From the NCBI GenBank assembly GCA_963719315.1, contig CAVRBU010000002.1, positions 1,440,001 to 1,504,000 of the forward strand: a stretch of DNA of 64,000 bases, written 5' to 3'. This document shows positions 9,259-19,103 of the stretch, one piece after another; position 1 is the stretch's first letter; each line of letters opens with the position of its first letter. Below the pieces are notes generated by a model. The model made no database searches. It saw only the letters and a program-made list of their open reading frames with translations, and was not told the origin of the DNA. The DNA comes from an uncultured Planctomycetota bacterium. Lineage in GTDB: Bacteria; Planctomycetota; Planctomycetia; Pirellulales; Lacipirellulaceae. The position numbers were made by a program, and so were the translations under genes.

Positions 9259-10745
9259 AGGGTCTCCCATGCAAACGAAAAACTCTCCCCCTCGACGCGC
9301 GCCCCGGACTGAATCTCATTGCTGCTGCTGGCGGCTAAGCCGTCGATTGTTAGTGGTTCGTCGGCGCGGCAAAAAACTTGGTCATTTTGTCGGAAAACCA
9401 CGACATCTCGCTGCCAATCGCGGCAGCGGACGTGGCAATGCCGGTTCGGACCGAGCACGCAGCTATCGGCCATCAGCAGCACGGCATCGGCCGAGGGTTG
9501 CGTCTTGTGGTGGCTTTCGAGCGTCAGCCGCGCGGTCATGCTCAGGGCGTGCGGCTTCGTGAAACGGATGCGGACGTTGTCGCCCAATTGGATCAACTGA
9601 TTGTCGCCCAATACAAACGGCCCCTTGATTTCCCGGCCGTCGATGAGCGTCCGGTGCAACGGATCGAGGACGTAGGCGCCGGCGTCGCGACGAATCAAGG
9701 CATGGCGACGCGAGAGATCGGCCAGGATCGGCACGGCAAGCGTTTCGCTCGGCGACGGCTGACCGATCGCAATCGTGTCGTCGAAGCAGACCAGGAAGCC
9801 CCCGACTGCATCCACCCACAACAGCGCCCGCTTTGGATTTTCTGTGCCGGCCACGGTATCGACCTCACTGGAACGCGACGATGGACGAGTGGAACGTGGA
9901 GACGGGCGACCCTTCGGGCAGTGCCCGCTCCCCTGTAGCGCTAATGACACAGGCAGCCGAGCCGCCTGCTTCCACGGACCAGGCTGCCGACCACCGGCGT
10001 GCAGTTGCGTCACATTCATGCCGACAGCTTTCCAAGCGCGACGACGCGCTTGGCTGGCGGCCACATGCTGCGGCGCGATCGCGAGCAGCGCGTCGGCCGT
10101 CGACAGCACAACGCTCCAGTCCTCAGCCGTTAGTGCGGCATGCATTTCGGCGCTCAGCCGATGACACTCTTCCGCCGCTGCCGCTAGCCGCTGCTGCTCC
10201 GAGTGCAGATGGGCCGCAACTTCGTCCATTATACCCGGTTCCTTTTGCTGAAGCGCGGCCACCGCCGCGGCTCTTTTGACGGCGGTAACTGCCTCGGAAA
10301 TATGCCCACGGGCGGAATACACTTCGGCCTCCTGCATGAGTGTGGCGACCTGCTGACACTCGCGAATGCGTTCGTCCGCTAACCCACGCTGATTGAGTTT
10401 CTCCAGCCGTGCTAAAGCAGGCGCCGATTGGTTGGCGGCCAGATAACGTCGCACCTCGCTGAGCGATTGATTTGCGTAGTTGTGGCGAATTCGGTTGACC
10501 GCTTCGCCGTTTCCACCGAGTCGATCGGCTGCATTGAGATCTCGCCAACCGGCCGCCGAATCGCCGACCGCAAAGCGGCTTTCGGCTCGTTCGAGTATTT
10601 TGTCGGCCACTTGCTGCGCCAATTGCTTGGCCGGAAGGAACTCACGCAGCTTGGCGTCTGCGAGCATCGCACCCGCTTCATCAAAGCGGCCGCTCTGGCA
10701 CGCCGCGCGGGCATCTCGAAGTCGCATTCGCCAGGTGGGAAACAT
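9255..10745 (-). CDS. FHA-domain protein with N-terminal helical (TPR-like) region
   Basis: IAIGQ...ADLSRRHALIRR...TLIDG...IQLG FHA signature, followed by a second FHA-like beta domain. Confidence 0.8.
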   Translation of the reverse strand: MFPTWRMRLRDARAACQSGRFDEAGAMLADAKLREFLPAKQLAQQVADKILERAESRFAVGDSAAGWRDLNAADRLGGNGEAVNRIRHNYANQSLSEVRRYLAANQSAPALARLEKLNQRGLADERIRECQQVATLMQEAEVYSARGHISEAVTAVKRAAAVAALQQKEPGIMDEVAAHLHSEQQRLAAAAEECHRLSAEMHAALTAEDWSVVLSTADALLAIAPQHVAASQARRRAWKAVGMNVTQLHAGGRQPGPWKQAARLPVSLALQGSGHCPKGRPSPRSTRPSSRSSEVDTVAGTENPKRALLWVDAVGGFLVCFDDTIAIGQPSPSETLAVPILADLSRRHALIRRDAGAYVLDPLHRTLIDGREIKGPFVLGDNQLIQLGDNVRIRFTKPHALSMTARLTLESHHKTQPSADAVLLMADSCVLGPNRHCHVRCRDWQRDVVVFRQNDQVFCRADEPLTIDGLAASSSNEIQSGARVEGESFSFAWETL

Positions 10746-10749
10746 GGGA

Positions 10750-10850
10750 GAGTCGAGGGTCGAGGGTCGAGAGCCAGAAAATTGTGGTTCAGAGTTGCGA
10801 GAATCGAGAGCGGAGCCCCTCTGGCTCTTGACTCTCGACTCTCGTCTCTT
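10750..10850. repeat. Intergenic inverted array of 7-bp repeats (GTCGAGR / YTCGAC type)
   Basis: GTCGAGGGTCGAGGGTCGAGAGCCAG pairs with CTGGCTCTTGACTCTCGACTCTCG. Confidence 0.6.
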
Positions 10851-10857
10851 GATTCAA

Positions 10858-11700
10858 CTACTCGTGAGCGAGAGAAACCGTAATGGCTTCGGTTTCTTTC
10901 TCCGGAGCTTCGTGGCTGGCGACGCCTTCCTTGCTGCCGAGCTTGAAGTACTCCGTCACCTGGTCGGTGATGTCGGCCGGCGTCGCGTCGTTGAGCGGGA
11001 TTTCGGCCTGCACATTGACATCGGCGTTGGCCAGCTTGGCCGCTACGTCGAGCCGCGTGCGGATATCCGTGATGAGCTCCTTGGCGCGGGCCAGTTGGCT
11101 ATCATCAAAAATGTAGTCGCTCGAGGCTTGGGCAACCTCGACGAGCTTCCGCTTGGCTTCGAGATTCTGCACGTCGACTTCCAGCTTCCGGCGAGCATTG
11201 ACCATGGCGGCCAGCTTTTGCTGGGCGGCGTCCAGGTTCTTCTGGCGGGCGTCCCGCATTTGCTTCATGCTGGCCAGCGTGTCGTCACACACCTTATAAC
11301 GGCTGAACCGCCGGGCCAGATCCTGCTTCACTTCATCACAAGTATAAGTGTGATTGGCGTACTGGTAGACGCCTTTGTTCTGTCCGAGGTCGCTCTGCAA
11401 GCGCAAAATGTCTTTCTTATCCGCGTCGGCCTTGCCCTGGTTGCCGGCGATCTGCTGATTGAGCTGCTCCAGCGCAACTTCTTCCTTGGCGATCACATGC
11501 ATCGAGTTGCGGATTTCCGGGTCCAGGTCGCGGACCATTTGCTTCGCCCGGTCGATTTGGAACTCGACCGGTACCCGGTCCTGCACCGAGCTGGTCAGTC
11601 GGTGATACGACGTGGAGACATAGCTGGCCGCATCGCGGCCGAACAACACCAGCGTGGTCAGGCCGAGGCCCGTCACCACCAAAATAGCTCGCTTGATCAT
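10858..11700 (-). CDS. Membrane-anchored coiled-coil protein, PspA/IM30-like architecture
   Basis: N-terminal hydrophobic anchor then long heptad-rich helices (VPVEFQIDRAKQMVRDL...). First gene of the co-oriented cluster. Family assignment is inference. Confidence 0.6.
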   Translation of the reverse strand: MIKRAILVVTGLGLTTLVLFGRDAASYVSTSYHRLTSSVQDRVPVEFQIDRAKQMVRDLDPEIRNSMHVIAKEEVALEQLNQQIAGNQGKADADKKDILRLQSDLGQNKGVYQYANHTYTCDEVKQDLARRFSRYKVCDDTLASMKQMRDARQKNLDAAQQKLAAMVNARRKLEVDVQNLEAKRKLVEVAQASSDYIFDDSQLARAKELITDIRTRLDVAAKLANADVNVQAEIPLNDATPADITDQVTEYFKLGSKEGVASHEAPEKETEAITVSLAHE

Positions 11701-12127
11701 GGAACACGCTCCTCACACTGCTGGGACGTCACATCGGCTGCCGCAACGGGGCAGGCAGAAAAGACCGGGCGGCAGTCCCAAGGCAACAAAACGGAATGGG
11801 AAATTACAGGCGGACGACACGGGAACTCCGGCCGTCCATGAGGAATTTCGTCTCCCGCCACGCGATCTTGACCGCCGGCACGAAAAACTCAAAGATTTTT
11901 TCCGGGGCCAATTTGCCTTAGCCCGTCGCCGCAGAAATGCCCGCATTTCGCGGCCCCGAAGCATGCCCGGATGCTAGACCCGGATTGGGGATAGTAGAGT
12001 CTCCCAGCCAGGAAAACTCCCAGCGCAGCCTACGGCCGCAACCAAATGCATATTGCCACGAAGAAAACCCGCGGAAGGCAAAGTGCAACCTGATCCTTGA
12101 TTCTACAGCTCCAGCCAGAATGCATTA

Positions 12128-12208
12128 AACCGCCAAGTCCGCCAAGATCGCGAAGAGAATTCATCGTCGTTCGTTGCTTGACTTGGCGTCCTTGGCGACT
12201 TGGCGGTT
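12128..12208. repeat. Intergenic inverted triple repeat (CGCCAAG / CTTGGCG)
   Basis: AACCGCCAAGTCCGCCAAG...CTTGGCGTCCTTGGCGACTTGGCGGTT. Confidence 0.6.
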
Positions 12209-12381
12209 CGAATCGATCGGGTTGTTTGTTTGTTGTGTCTTTGTGATGCTTGTGGCTTTCTGAAAAAAGTTGAGCAGTGTGTGCAGTTTCGAAGCGTTAG
12301 TAGCACAAAGTCATCCTTGGGTGAAGAAAAGGTGAAGAAAAATGTGAGAGGCGCAAATCTTGTGTGGGGTTATTGTGCGTC

Positions 12382-12426
12382 AAAAAAAGCAGGGAGGACC
12401 GATCGCAAGTTGCGTTCGGTCCTCCC
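12382..12426 (-). terminator. Rho-independent terminator of the LysM gene
   Basis: 11-bp stem GGGAGGACCGA / TCGGTCCTCCC followed on the minus strand by a T7 tract, 15 nt after the stop. Confidence 0.8.
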
Positions 12427-12441
12427 CGAGGTTGACGTTTC

Positions 12442-13452
12442 TCAGTTAGTGGCTGCCAGTTTGGGTGCGGCAGCCAGTTGCACCGCGTCCTTGGCGACCA
12501 CACTCCCATCGGCCCGCAGGATTTCGATCTGGGCTGGCGTGCCAGCAGGCAGGTCGGACGGAATCCGAACCTTTGCGGCGTTCGTGGACCATTCGACAAT
12601 TTCCAGGACCACGGGCGAGCCATTGACGATGAGCCGAACCGTACCGCGGTTGTCGCCAAGCGGCTGGCCATTGATCGCCATGATGCTGCCGATCAGGATC
12701 GAAGGGAGCGGGCGATCGTTCGGACCAGCGTTCGGAGCCGCGGGCTGACCCGTGGGCTGGCCCGGCATCCCGTTCAATGGACTACCGTTAAGCTGCTGAA
12801 TCATGGCGAAGTTTTTCGAGTCCGCTTCGGAAACTTGCGGAGCAATCGGAGCCTGCGGGGCAAGCTGCTGAATTTGCTGACCGAACTGAGCGCCTTGGGG
12901 CAGTCCCATCGGAGGTTGCTGCGGGGCGAAGCCTTGGCCCTGCGGAGCAAAACCATTCCCTTGCGGCAAACCACCTTGCGGACGGAGCTGAGCACCTTGG
13001 GGCAAACCTTGCGGCAAGCCACCCGCGAAACCCTGAGGCGCCATGGCGAACGCGGCCGGGGCCGACGACAGGCTAAAGCTTCCATTCGGATTGATCACCG
13101 GCAGGCGAAGCTGCATGCCGATCGTGAGCGGCAAATTATTCGGCAGGCCGTTGAAGTCTGCGACTCGGTTCCAGATGCTCGAGTTGCCGTATTCACGCGC
13201 GCAAATCGAGAGCCAGGAGTCACCGGGCATCACAGCCACGAGCGAGTGAGCGGGCGCAAATGTCGGGGCGACGACGACCGGTCTGACGTACTCGCGGCGC
13301 ACGTACTGGGGATAGTAATGGCTGCTATAGCCGCTGCTATAGCCGCCGCTGTAGCCGCCGTATCCGCCATGGCAGGCCAACGCACTCGACGCGGCCATGC
13401 CGATCGAACCAATCGTCAAAACTACAACCAGGGCATACATTGAAGCTTTCAT
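12442..13452 (-). CDS. Secreted protein: signal peptide, Gly/Tyr/Ser-rich segment, LysM domain, Gln/Pro/Gly repeats, C-terminal IPT/TIG-like domain
   Basis: LysM pattern VMPGDSWLSICAREYG...VADFNGL...LTIGMQLRLP; GLPQG repeats; AGGAG RBS before ATG 13452. Confidence 0.8.
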   Translation of the reverse strand: MKASMYALVVVLTIGSIGMAASSALACHGGYGGYSGGYSSGYSSHYYPQYVRREYVRPVVVAPTFAPAHSLVAVMPGDSWLSICAREYGNSSIWNRVADFNGLPNNLPLTIGMQLRLPVINPNGSFSLSSAPAAFAMAPQGFAGGLPQGLPQGAQLRPQGGLPQGNGFAPQGQGFAPQQPPMGLPQGAQFGQQIQQLAPQAPIAPQVSEADSKNFAMIQQLNGSPLNGMPGQPTGQPAAPNAGPNDRPLPSILIGSIMAINGQPLGDNRGTVRLIVNGSPVVLEIVEWSTNAAKVRIPSDLPAGTPAQIEILRADGSVVAKDAVQLAAAPKLAATN

Positions 13453-13556
13453 CGTTCTACTCCTAAGGAAGGTTTGGGGGGGGTTGAATAACCGAAGAAG
13501 GGCCACACGCGAAAACGGGTAGGAGATCGCGTGGCTGGCTACTTCGACACCTTCTC

Positions 13557-13582
13557 TTACGGCCAGCCGGCCGGTTGTTACA
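13557..13582 (-). promoter_or_regulatory. Putative ECF promoter TGTAAC-N15-CGTAA upstream of the LysM gene
   Basis: Minus strand reads CTGTAACAACCGGCCGGCTGGCCGTAAGAGA; a similar motif precedes the neighbouring gene. Confidence 0.55.
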
Positions 13583-13681
13583 GCAGCGGAAAAGAATGAT
13601 CGGAAAACGGAGACAAAAAAGGAACTTGACGGAGGAATTGGGGCGCGAATAGCTGCCTTCGGAAGACTCGGACAAATAGAA

Positions 13682-13710
13682 AAGGCGGCGGGAAAAGTTC
13701 CCGCCGCCTT
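13682..13710 (-). terminator. Rho-independent terminator after the Cys/Tyr-rich gene
   Basis: Perfect 13-bp stem AAGGCGGCGGGAA / TTCCCGCCGCCTT with a T-rich tail on the minus strand. Confidence 0.75.
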
Positions 13711-13800
13711 CTCGTGTGGGACAACAGCCCGCCGGTGGTCACCTGCTTATTCAGGCAGGATCGTCACCAGCGGGCTGCCGCCTCCGGTCGGTCGAGCAAC

Positions 13801-14280
13801 TTACTTCTTGAAGTTGCGGAAGGGGATGCAGCTCGTGCTATACGAGGGCAAGTAGTTACATGTGGAGTAGCTGCATGTCGGATAGCTGTAAGTCGGTGCA
13901 CAGCTGTAATTGCAGGTCGTCGGCACGTAGCTGGTGTTGTACACCGGAACGTACTGGGTCACAGGCTCGTAGCTGCACGTGGCGACTGGCTCGTAGCAGG
14001 TCGACGGTGCGCAGTAGGTCGGCTGGCAGTAGCTAACCGGGTAGCTGCAATAGCTCGGGCAGTAGGAGCTGTAGCTGGGGCAATATGAGCTGTAGCTCGG
14101 GCAATAGGAGCTATAGCTGGGGCAATAGCTGCCGTAAGAGCTATGGCAAGAGCCAAAGCTGCGCGAACTGCCGTGGCAACTATTACCGCCGTTGGCTTGA
14201 GCTGCGGCGGAAAAGCTCAGGGCGACTACGGTCGTACACGCGACCAGGGCGAACATACGGGTTGAGCGGAATGCGTTCAT
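13801..14280 (-). CDS. Secreted Cys/Tyr/Ser/Pro-rich repeat protein (SYCPSYS repeats)
   Basis: GGAGA RBS; signal peptide ending AAAQA; 21-bp repeats that vary at synonymous sites; own terminator. Confidence 0.8.
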   Translation of the reverse strand: MNAFRSTRMFALVACTTVVALSFSAAAQANGGNSCHGSSRSFGSCHSSYGSYCPSYSSYCPSYSSYCPSYSSYCPSYCSYPVSYCQPTYCAPSTCYEPVATCSYEPVTQYVPVYNTSYVPTTCNYSCAPTYSYPTCSYSTCNYLPSYSTSCIPFRNFKK

Positions 14281-14341
14281 CGATCGGTCTCCATAAAGAG
14301 AGGGTTTAGGGTGGCGGGCCAATTGACCCGTTCACTCTCTC

Positions 14342-14368
14342 ATACTGGCCACCGTGCGGGGTGTTACA
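14342..14368 (-). promoter_or_regulatory. Putative ECF promoter TGTAAC-N16-AGTAT upstream of the Cys/Tyr-rich gene
   Basis: Minus strand reads CTGTAACACCCCGCACGGTGGCCAGTATGAGA. Confidence 0.55.
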
Positions 14369-14635
14369 GAGGACGGCAAAATTAGTGCCTATTGGGCCAT
14401 GAATATCGGCCCTGCCTCGCTCGCCCGAACGGTGTCGGATCTACACCAGTCGGGATCCAGTGGAAATCGCGAATGCGGTCGAAAGTGGGCAGATTCGCTG
14501 AATATCGAGGGGATAGGCGGACATCAAGCCAAAAGTATGGATATGGATTGGAGCCCGCAGCGCAAGCAAGGGACGCAGTGATTCCCGATGCACTCTTGCT
14601 TGCGCTCTGATCGGACAGCAGAGACGGCCGCGACG

Positions 14636-16444
14636 TTATTCCGCGATTCGTTCTAGTTCTTCCCAGCGAGCATACGTTGATGCGAGTTGTTGCTCGAGTT
14701 CCTTCAGTTGCGTTTGCTGCCGGGCGATTTCTGTGGCTGGCTGTTTGTAGAAATCGGGCTGGGCCACAGCCCCGTGCAATTCGGCAAGTTGGGCGTCGAG
14801 CTGTTCGATCTTTTTGGGCAGCGAATCAAGCTCGCGTTTTTCGTGGTAGGCGAGGCGACGATTCTGCGGCGGCGGTTCAGTGTTTGCGGCTGGCTTTTCC
14901 TTGGGACGCGGCCGTTTGTCGTTGGGTTCCGTCTCGGTGGCTTCCGGGCGCTGGCGGAGCCAGTCGTCGTAACCGCCAACATATTCGCGAACGCCGTCGG
15001 GCTCGAACACGATGGTGCTGGTGGCCACGTTGTTGAGGAAAGCACGATCGTGGCTCACCAACAGAATGGTGCCCTCGAACTCGACCAATCGCTCTTCCAA
15101 TAGCTCAAGTGTTTCGGTGTCGAGATCGTTGGTTGGTTCGTCGAGCACGAGCACGTTGGCCGGTTTCGAGAATAGCCGTGCCAACAGCAGGCGATTTCGT
15201 TCGCCGCCGGAAAGGAATCGCACCGGAGTTCGCGCTCGATCGGGCGTAAACAGGAAATCTTGCAGGTATCCCAGCACATGGCGCGAGCTGCCGTTCACGA
15301 CGATCGACTCGCCGCCAACGCCAAGGTTGTCTTGGACGGTTGCCTCCTCGTCGAGCTGCTGGCGAAGCTGGTCGAAGTAGGCGATTTGCAGATTGGTGCC
15401 CAACCGCACGCTACCAGATTGCGGCGCTACCTGACCGAGCAGCAATTGGAGCAGCGTCGTTTTGCCGACGCCGTTCGGGCCGATCACGCCGATCTTGTCC
15501 CCCCGCATGATGGTCGTGGAGAAGCCGCTGACGATCGGCCGCGCGTCGTATGCGAAGCTAAAATCCTCGACTTTGGCGACCAACGCGCCGCTGCGTTGTT
15601 CCGATTGAATCTCGAGTTTGGCCAGGCCTTTGATGTCGCGGCGTTTGCTCCGTTCCAGCCGCATTTGCTGAAGCGCGCGGACGCGGCCTTCGTTGCGCGT
15701 GCGGCGAGCCTTGATGCCCTGTCGCAGCCAGACTTCCTCTTGAGCCAGTTTTTTGTCGAACAACGCGTTCTGCTTTTCTTCGGAGGCCAACGACATTTCT
15801 TTGCGAACCAGAAACGTGTCGTAGTCGCACGACCAGTCGAACAGCCGGCCGCGATCGAGCTCAATGATTCGAGTGGCCAGCTTCCGCAAAAATGCACGGT
15901 CGTGCGTCACGAACAGCAGCGTGGTCGGCCAGCGCAGCAGGAAATCTTCCAGCCAGCGAATTGCGTCGATATCGAGGTGGTTCGTCGGCTCGTCGAGAAG
16001 GAGCAAGTCGGGCTCGGCGACGAGCGACCTGGCAAGCAGGGCCCGGCGCTTCATGCCCGAGGAGAGTGTGCTCGTTTCGAGATTTTCGTCCAGGCCCATC
16101 CGCGACAGCACCCGCTCCACTTTATGCTGCGATTGCCAGAGGTGCGATTCATCCAGTTCGCGCGACGGCAACCCGCCGAGAACCACGTCGCCAATGCTCC
16201 CGGAAAGATCCTGCGGTACTTCCTGCGGAAGCAGCGACACCTTGATACCCGGCATGACGGTACACTGCCCATGATCGGGCGCAATGGCGCCGGACAGGAT
16301 TCGCATCAGCGTCGTTTTGCCCGAGCCGTTTAGCCCCAGCAGACCGATCCGCTGGCCGGACTCGATCTGGCAAGTCACTTCGTCCAGCAGCGGCGGCCCC
16401 CGAAAGCCGATGCTGACTTCGTTGAGGAGAATAAATGGTGGCAT
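14636..16444 (-). CDS. uup: ABC-F family ATPase, Uup-like
   Basis: Two ABC domains (GLNGSGKTT, LSSG, LDEPTNH; GPNGVGKTT, LSGGE, LDEPTND), linker WLRQGIKARRTRNEGRVRAL and C-terminal coiled coil ending RWEELE. Confidence 0.9.
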   Translation of the reverse strand: MPPFILLNEVSIGFRGPPLLDEVTCQIESGQRIGLLGLNGSGKTTLMRILSGAIAPDHGQCTVMPGIKVSLLPQEVPQDLSGSIGDVVLGGLPSRELDESHLWQSQHKVERVLSRMGLDENLETSTLSSGMKRRALLARSLVAEPDLLLLDEPTNHLDIDAIRWLEDFLLRWPTTLLFVTHDRAFLRKLATRIIELDRGRLFDWSCDYDTFLVRKEMSLASEEKQNALFDKKLAQEEVWLRQGIKARRTRNEGRVRALQQMRLERSKRRDIKGLAKLEIQSEQRSGALVAKVEDFSFAYDARPIVSGFSTTIMRGDKIGVIGPNGVGKTTLLQLLLGQVAPQSGSVRLGTNLQIAYFDQLRQQLDEEATVQDNLGVGGESIVVNGSSRHVLGYLQDFLFTPDRARTPVRFLSGGERNRLLLARLFSKPANVLVLDEPTNDLDTETLELLEERLVEFEGTILLVSHDRAFLNNVATSTIVFEPDGVREYVGGYDDWLRQRPEATETEPNDKRPRPKEKPAANTEPPPQNRRLAYHEKRELDSLPKKIEQLDAQLAELHGAVAQPDFYKQPATEIARQQTQLKELEQQLASTYARWEELERIAE

Positions 16445-16649
16445 AGTGGATGATACGGTGCGGGGCGTTACAGTTTTGGGTCGGCCCCGAAGGGGCCAAT
16501 CGTTTCTCACGCACAATCGAGACTCCCGCTTAATCGTACTCCCAACTATGTCTTTCTGGCATGGTCTGCGATCCCAGACTATACTCGCTTTTATTGCGAT
16601 CTACCTGCTATGCGAAGCTTCCATGGCAGAATTCGTTAGGCGGTTCGAA

Positions 16650-19103
16650 ATGCGTATAGCATTCTCTATTCGCGGGAGTCATGGGAGCATCTGGTCGCGG
16701 CGTCTCACCCACACTGAGGTTGTACGGGCGCTTGCGGCCTGCCTGCTGACGGCCGTTGCCGTCGCGCCGGCCGTCGCCAATACCTTCACCTGGACCAACG
16801 CCAGCATTACTAACAGCAACTGGTCCAATGCCGGCAATTGGACCCCGGGCGGCGGGCCGCCTGGAACCACGGACCTGGCCATTGTGACACCCGGCGCACT
16901 AGGCACTAACGGTACTGCGATCGTAAACGCAGGTACGGCGTCTTCCGCCAGCACCCAAGTCCAGCACGTTGCGGGTGTCGACGGTGAAATCCAATTGGTG
17001 GCCGGAACGACACTCGGCATCAATGGCGGCGATTTAACCAACGACGGAAGCATCTACGTCAACAGCACAGCCGGCGCCACGGCAACGCGGGTGCTCTTTT
17101 CCGCCTTCATGGGCGACACCCTAAACACGCTCTCTGGCACGGGCACAATTTATTTACAGGCCGGACCTCAATTTTTGTCTTCCGCGCCCGCCAGCATTCA
17201 AACGAGCGGAAGCGTCGTCACCCAAGAAGCCGGGCACACGATTCGCGGTGTTGGACTCGTGAGTGCGAACATGGTCAACAACGGCTCCATCATTGCCGAC
17301 AATCTCAACTCTCTTCCAGGCGACAATCGCCTGGAACTTTCCGGCGGAAGCATGACCAGCAACGGCGCGCTCGTCGCCGAATCCGGCGCGATGCTCGACA
17401 TTGTCGGAACCTACTCGATTACGCAAGGAACGACCGGCGTGATCCAGGCCCTCGATGGCGGCACCGTGCGGCTCCGCGAATTCACGGTCATCCAGAATGG
17501 GACTCTCCAAACCAAGGGCACCGGCCTAATTGTCAACACTACGGGCTCTTTCGCTCCCCGGCTGATCGATGTCGCAAACGAAGGTACGTATCGCATTAAT
17601 TCCTCGGCGACTACGTTCGTCTCGGGGACAGGTCTAACCAACAGCGGGGAAATTCAAGTCTTCGGCACGCTCAACTACCTGAACGATGGCGTTCTCGACG
17701 GGACCGGAAGCCTGGTGCTCGGCGTTGCTGGCGTACTCACCGGTCAGACGCTCCCCCCGCCGGCCGTCGTCATCACGCATGGGTCCGGCCATACCATCCG
17801 AGGCCTGGGGCAGGTTCAGGCCCCCCTGATCAATAACGGCACGATTCGCGCCGAGGGCGGCACGATGCGACTGAATTCCTACGAAAAGACAAACAATTTC
17901 GAGATCCGCGCCTCTTCTGGCAGCACGCTCCAAATCGAATCTTTCATCACGCAGAATTCCAGCACCGGCCTGATTATCGCCGAAGACGGCAGCACGGTGA
18001 AACTCACGTCGACGGGCAAAGTCACCAACGGCCGATTGTTATCGCTCGGCAGCGGCATTATCCAGGCCGGCGACGGCACGCGCCTGGTCGATGTGAACAA
18101 TCAGGCGGCGATCGAAGTGCGCCCGATCAGCAGCGTCGGGATTCTCAATATCGAGGGAACGTCGCTCACGAACGGCTACTCCATCACTGTCAACCCGCTT
18201 AAATCGGGCGGCACGTACGCCATCCAGTTTTGCTGCGATCCCCAAATGACGCTCGATGGCAGCGGTTACGTCGATCTCCATGCGACGAATTCAACCCTCA
18301 CCGTCGCCGCAGCAACCACGCTCACCAACGCTGCCGGCCACACAATCAAGGGCCCCGGCGCAATCGACGGAATCCTGGTCAACCAAGGCACCGTCACCGG
18401 CGGAACGATCGCCGGACCCGTCGATATCATTCGCGTACTCGGCCGACTCTCCGGCACCGGCGACTTGAAGGATATCCGTTTCAACGGCACTCACGCTCCC
18501 GGACTCAACGGTGCGGGCAGCGTTTCGGTCGACAGCCAATATGAAATCGCATCGACCGGCAAGCTCGAAATCGATGTCGGTGGGACTACCAGCGGCGCCG
18601 ACTACGATGCAGTCCATGTGACTGGCTTCGCATTGCTGGGCGGCACAATCCAAGTCAATCTCATCAACAACTTTCTACCCCAACCTGGCCAGTCCTTTCA
18701 GTTCCTCACGACGACCACCGGCGTCAACAACACGTTCGCCCACGAAAACCTGCCGGCTCTTTACGGCGGCCTGTATCTCGACGTGCTGTACTCGGCCAAC
18801 CACGTCGACTTGGCCGTGGCGGGCGTCCTCGGCGACTATAACCGCAACGGAATCGTCGACGCCGCCGACTACGTCACGTGGCGCAAGAGCGCTTGGTCAA
18901 TCCGGCACGGGCCTGGCCGCCGACGGCAATGGCGACGGCATGGTTGACACTGGCGATCTCAACGTCTGGCGCGCCCATTTCGGGCAAACACCCGGCAGCG
19001 GCGCGGCGCCATCACGAACGCCGTCGTTCCTGAACCAGAAATGCTGCTGATACTGATCCTGGCCGCGGCTGGCTGGTGTCTGCAGCGAGGCCGAACCGGA
19101 TAG
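16650..19103 (+). CDS. Large secreted beta-helix/autotransporter-passenger-like protein with dockerin-like EF-hand pair and PEP-CTERM; two apparent frameshifts near 18890 and 19005
   Basis: Signal peptide, WSNAGNW, G/T/N-rich repeats, GDYNRNGIVDAADYVTWRK. Shifted frames then give ADGNGDGMVDTGDLNVWRAHFG and VPEPEMLLILILAAAGWCLQRGRTG-stop. Confidence 0.8.

Noticed and set aside
11790..11810. Autoregulatory ECF promoter (TGTAAT) upstream of the PspA-like gene
   Set aside because: No GTA -10 element at the expected spacing.
14040..14135. 21-bp tandem repeats as a CRISPR array
   Set aside because: No spacers and no cas genes; the repeats are in-frame coding units.
13801..16444. Cys/Tyr peptide plus ABC gene as a RiPP cluster
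   Set aside because: The ABC protein is a soluble ABC-F (Uup), not an exporter, and no modifying enzymes are adjacent.
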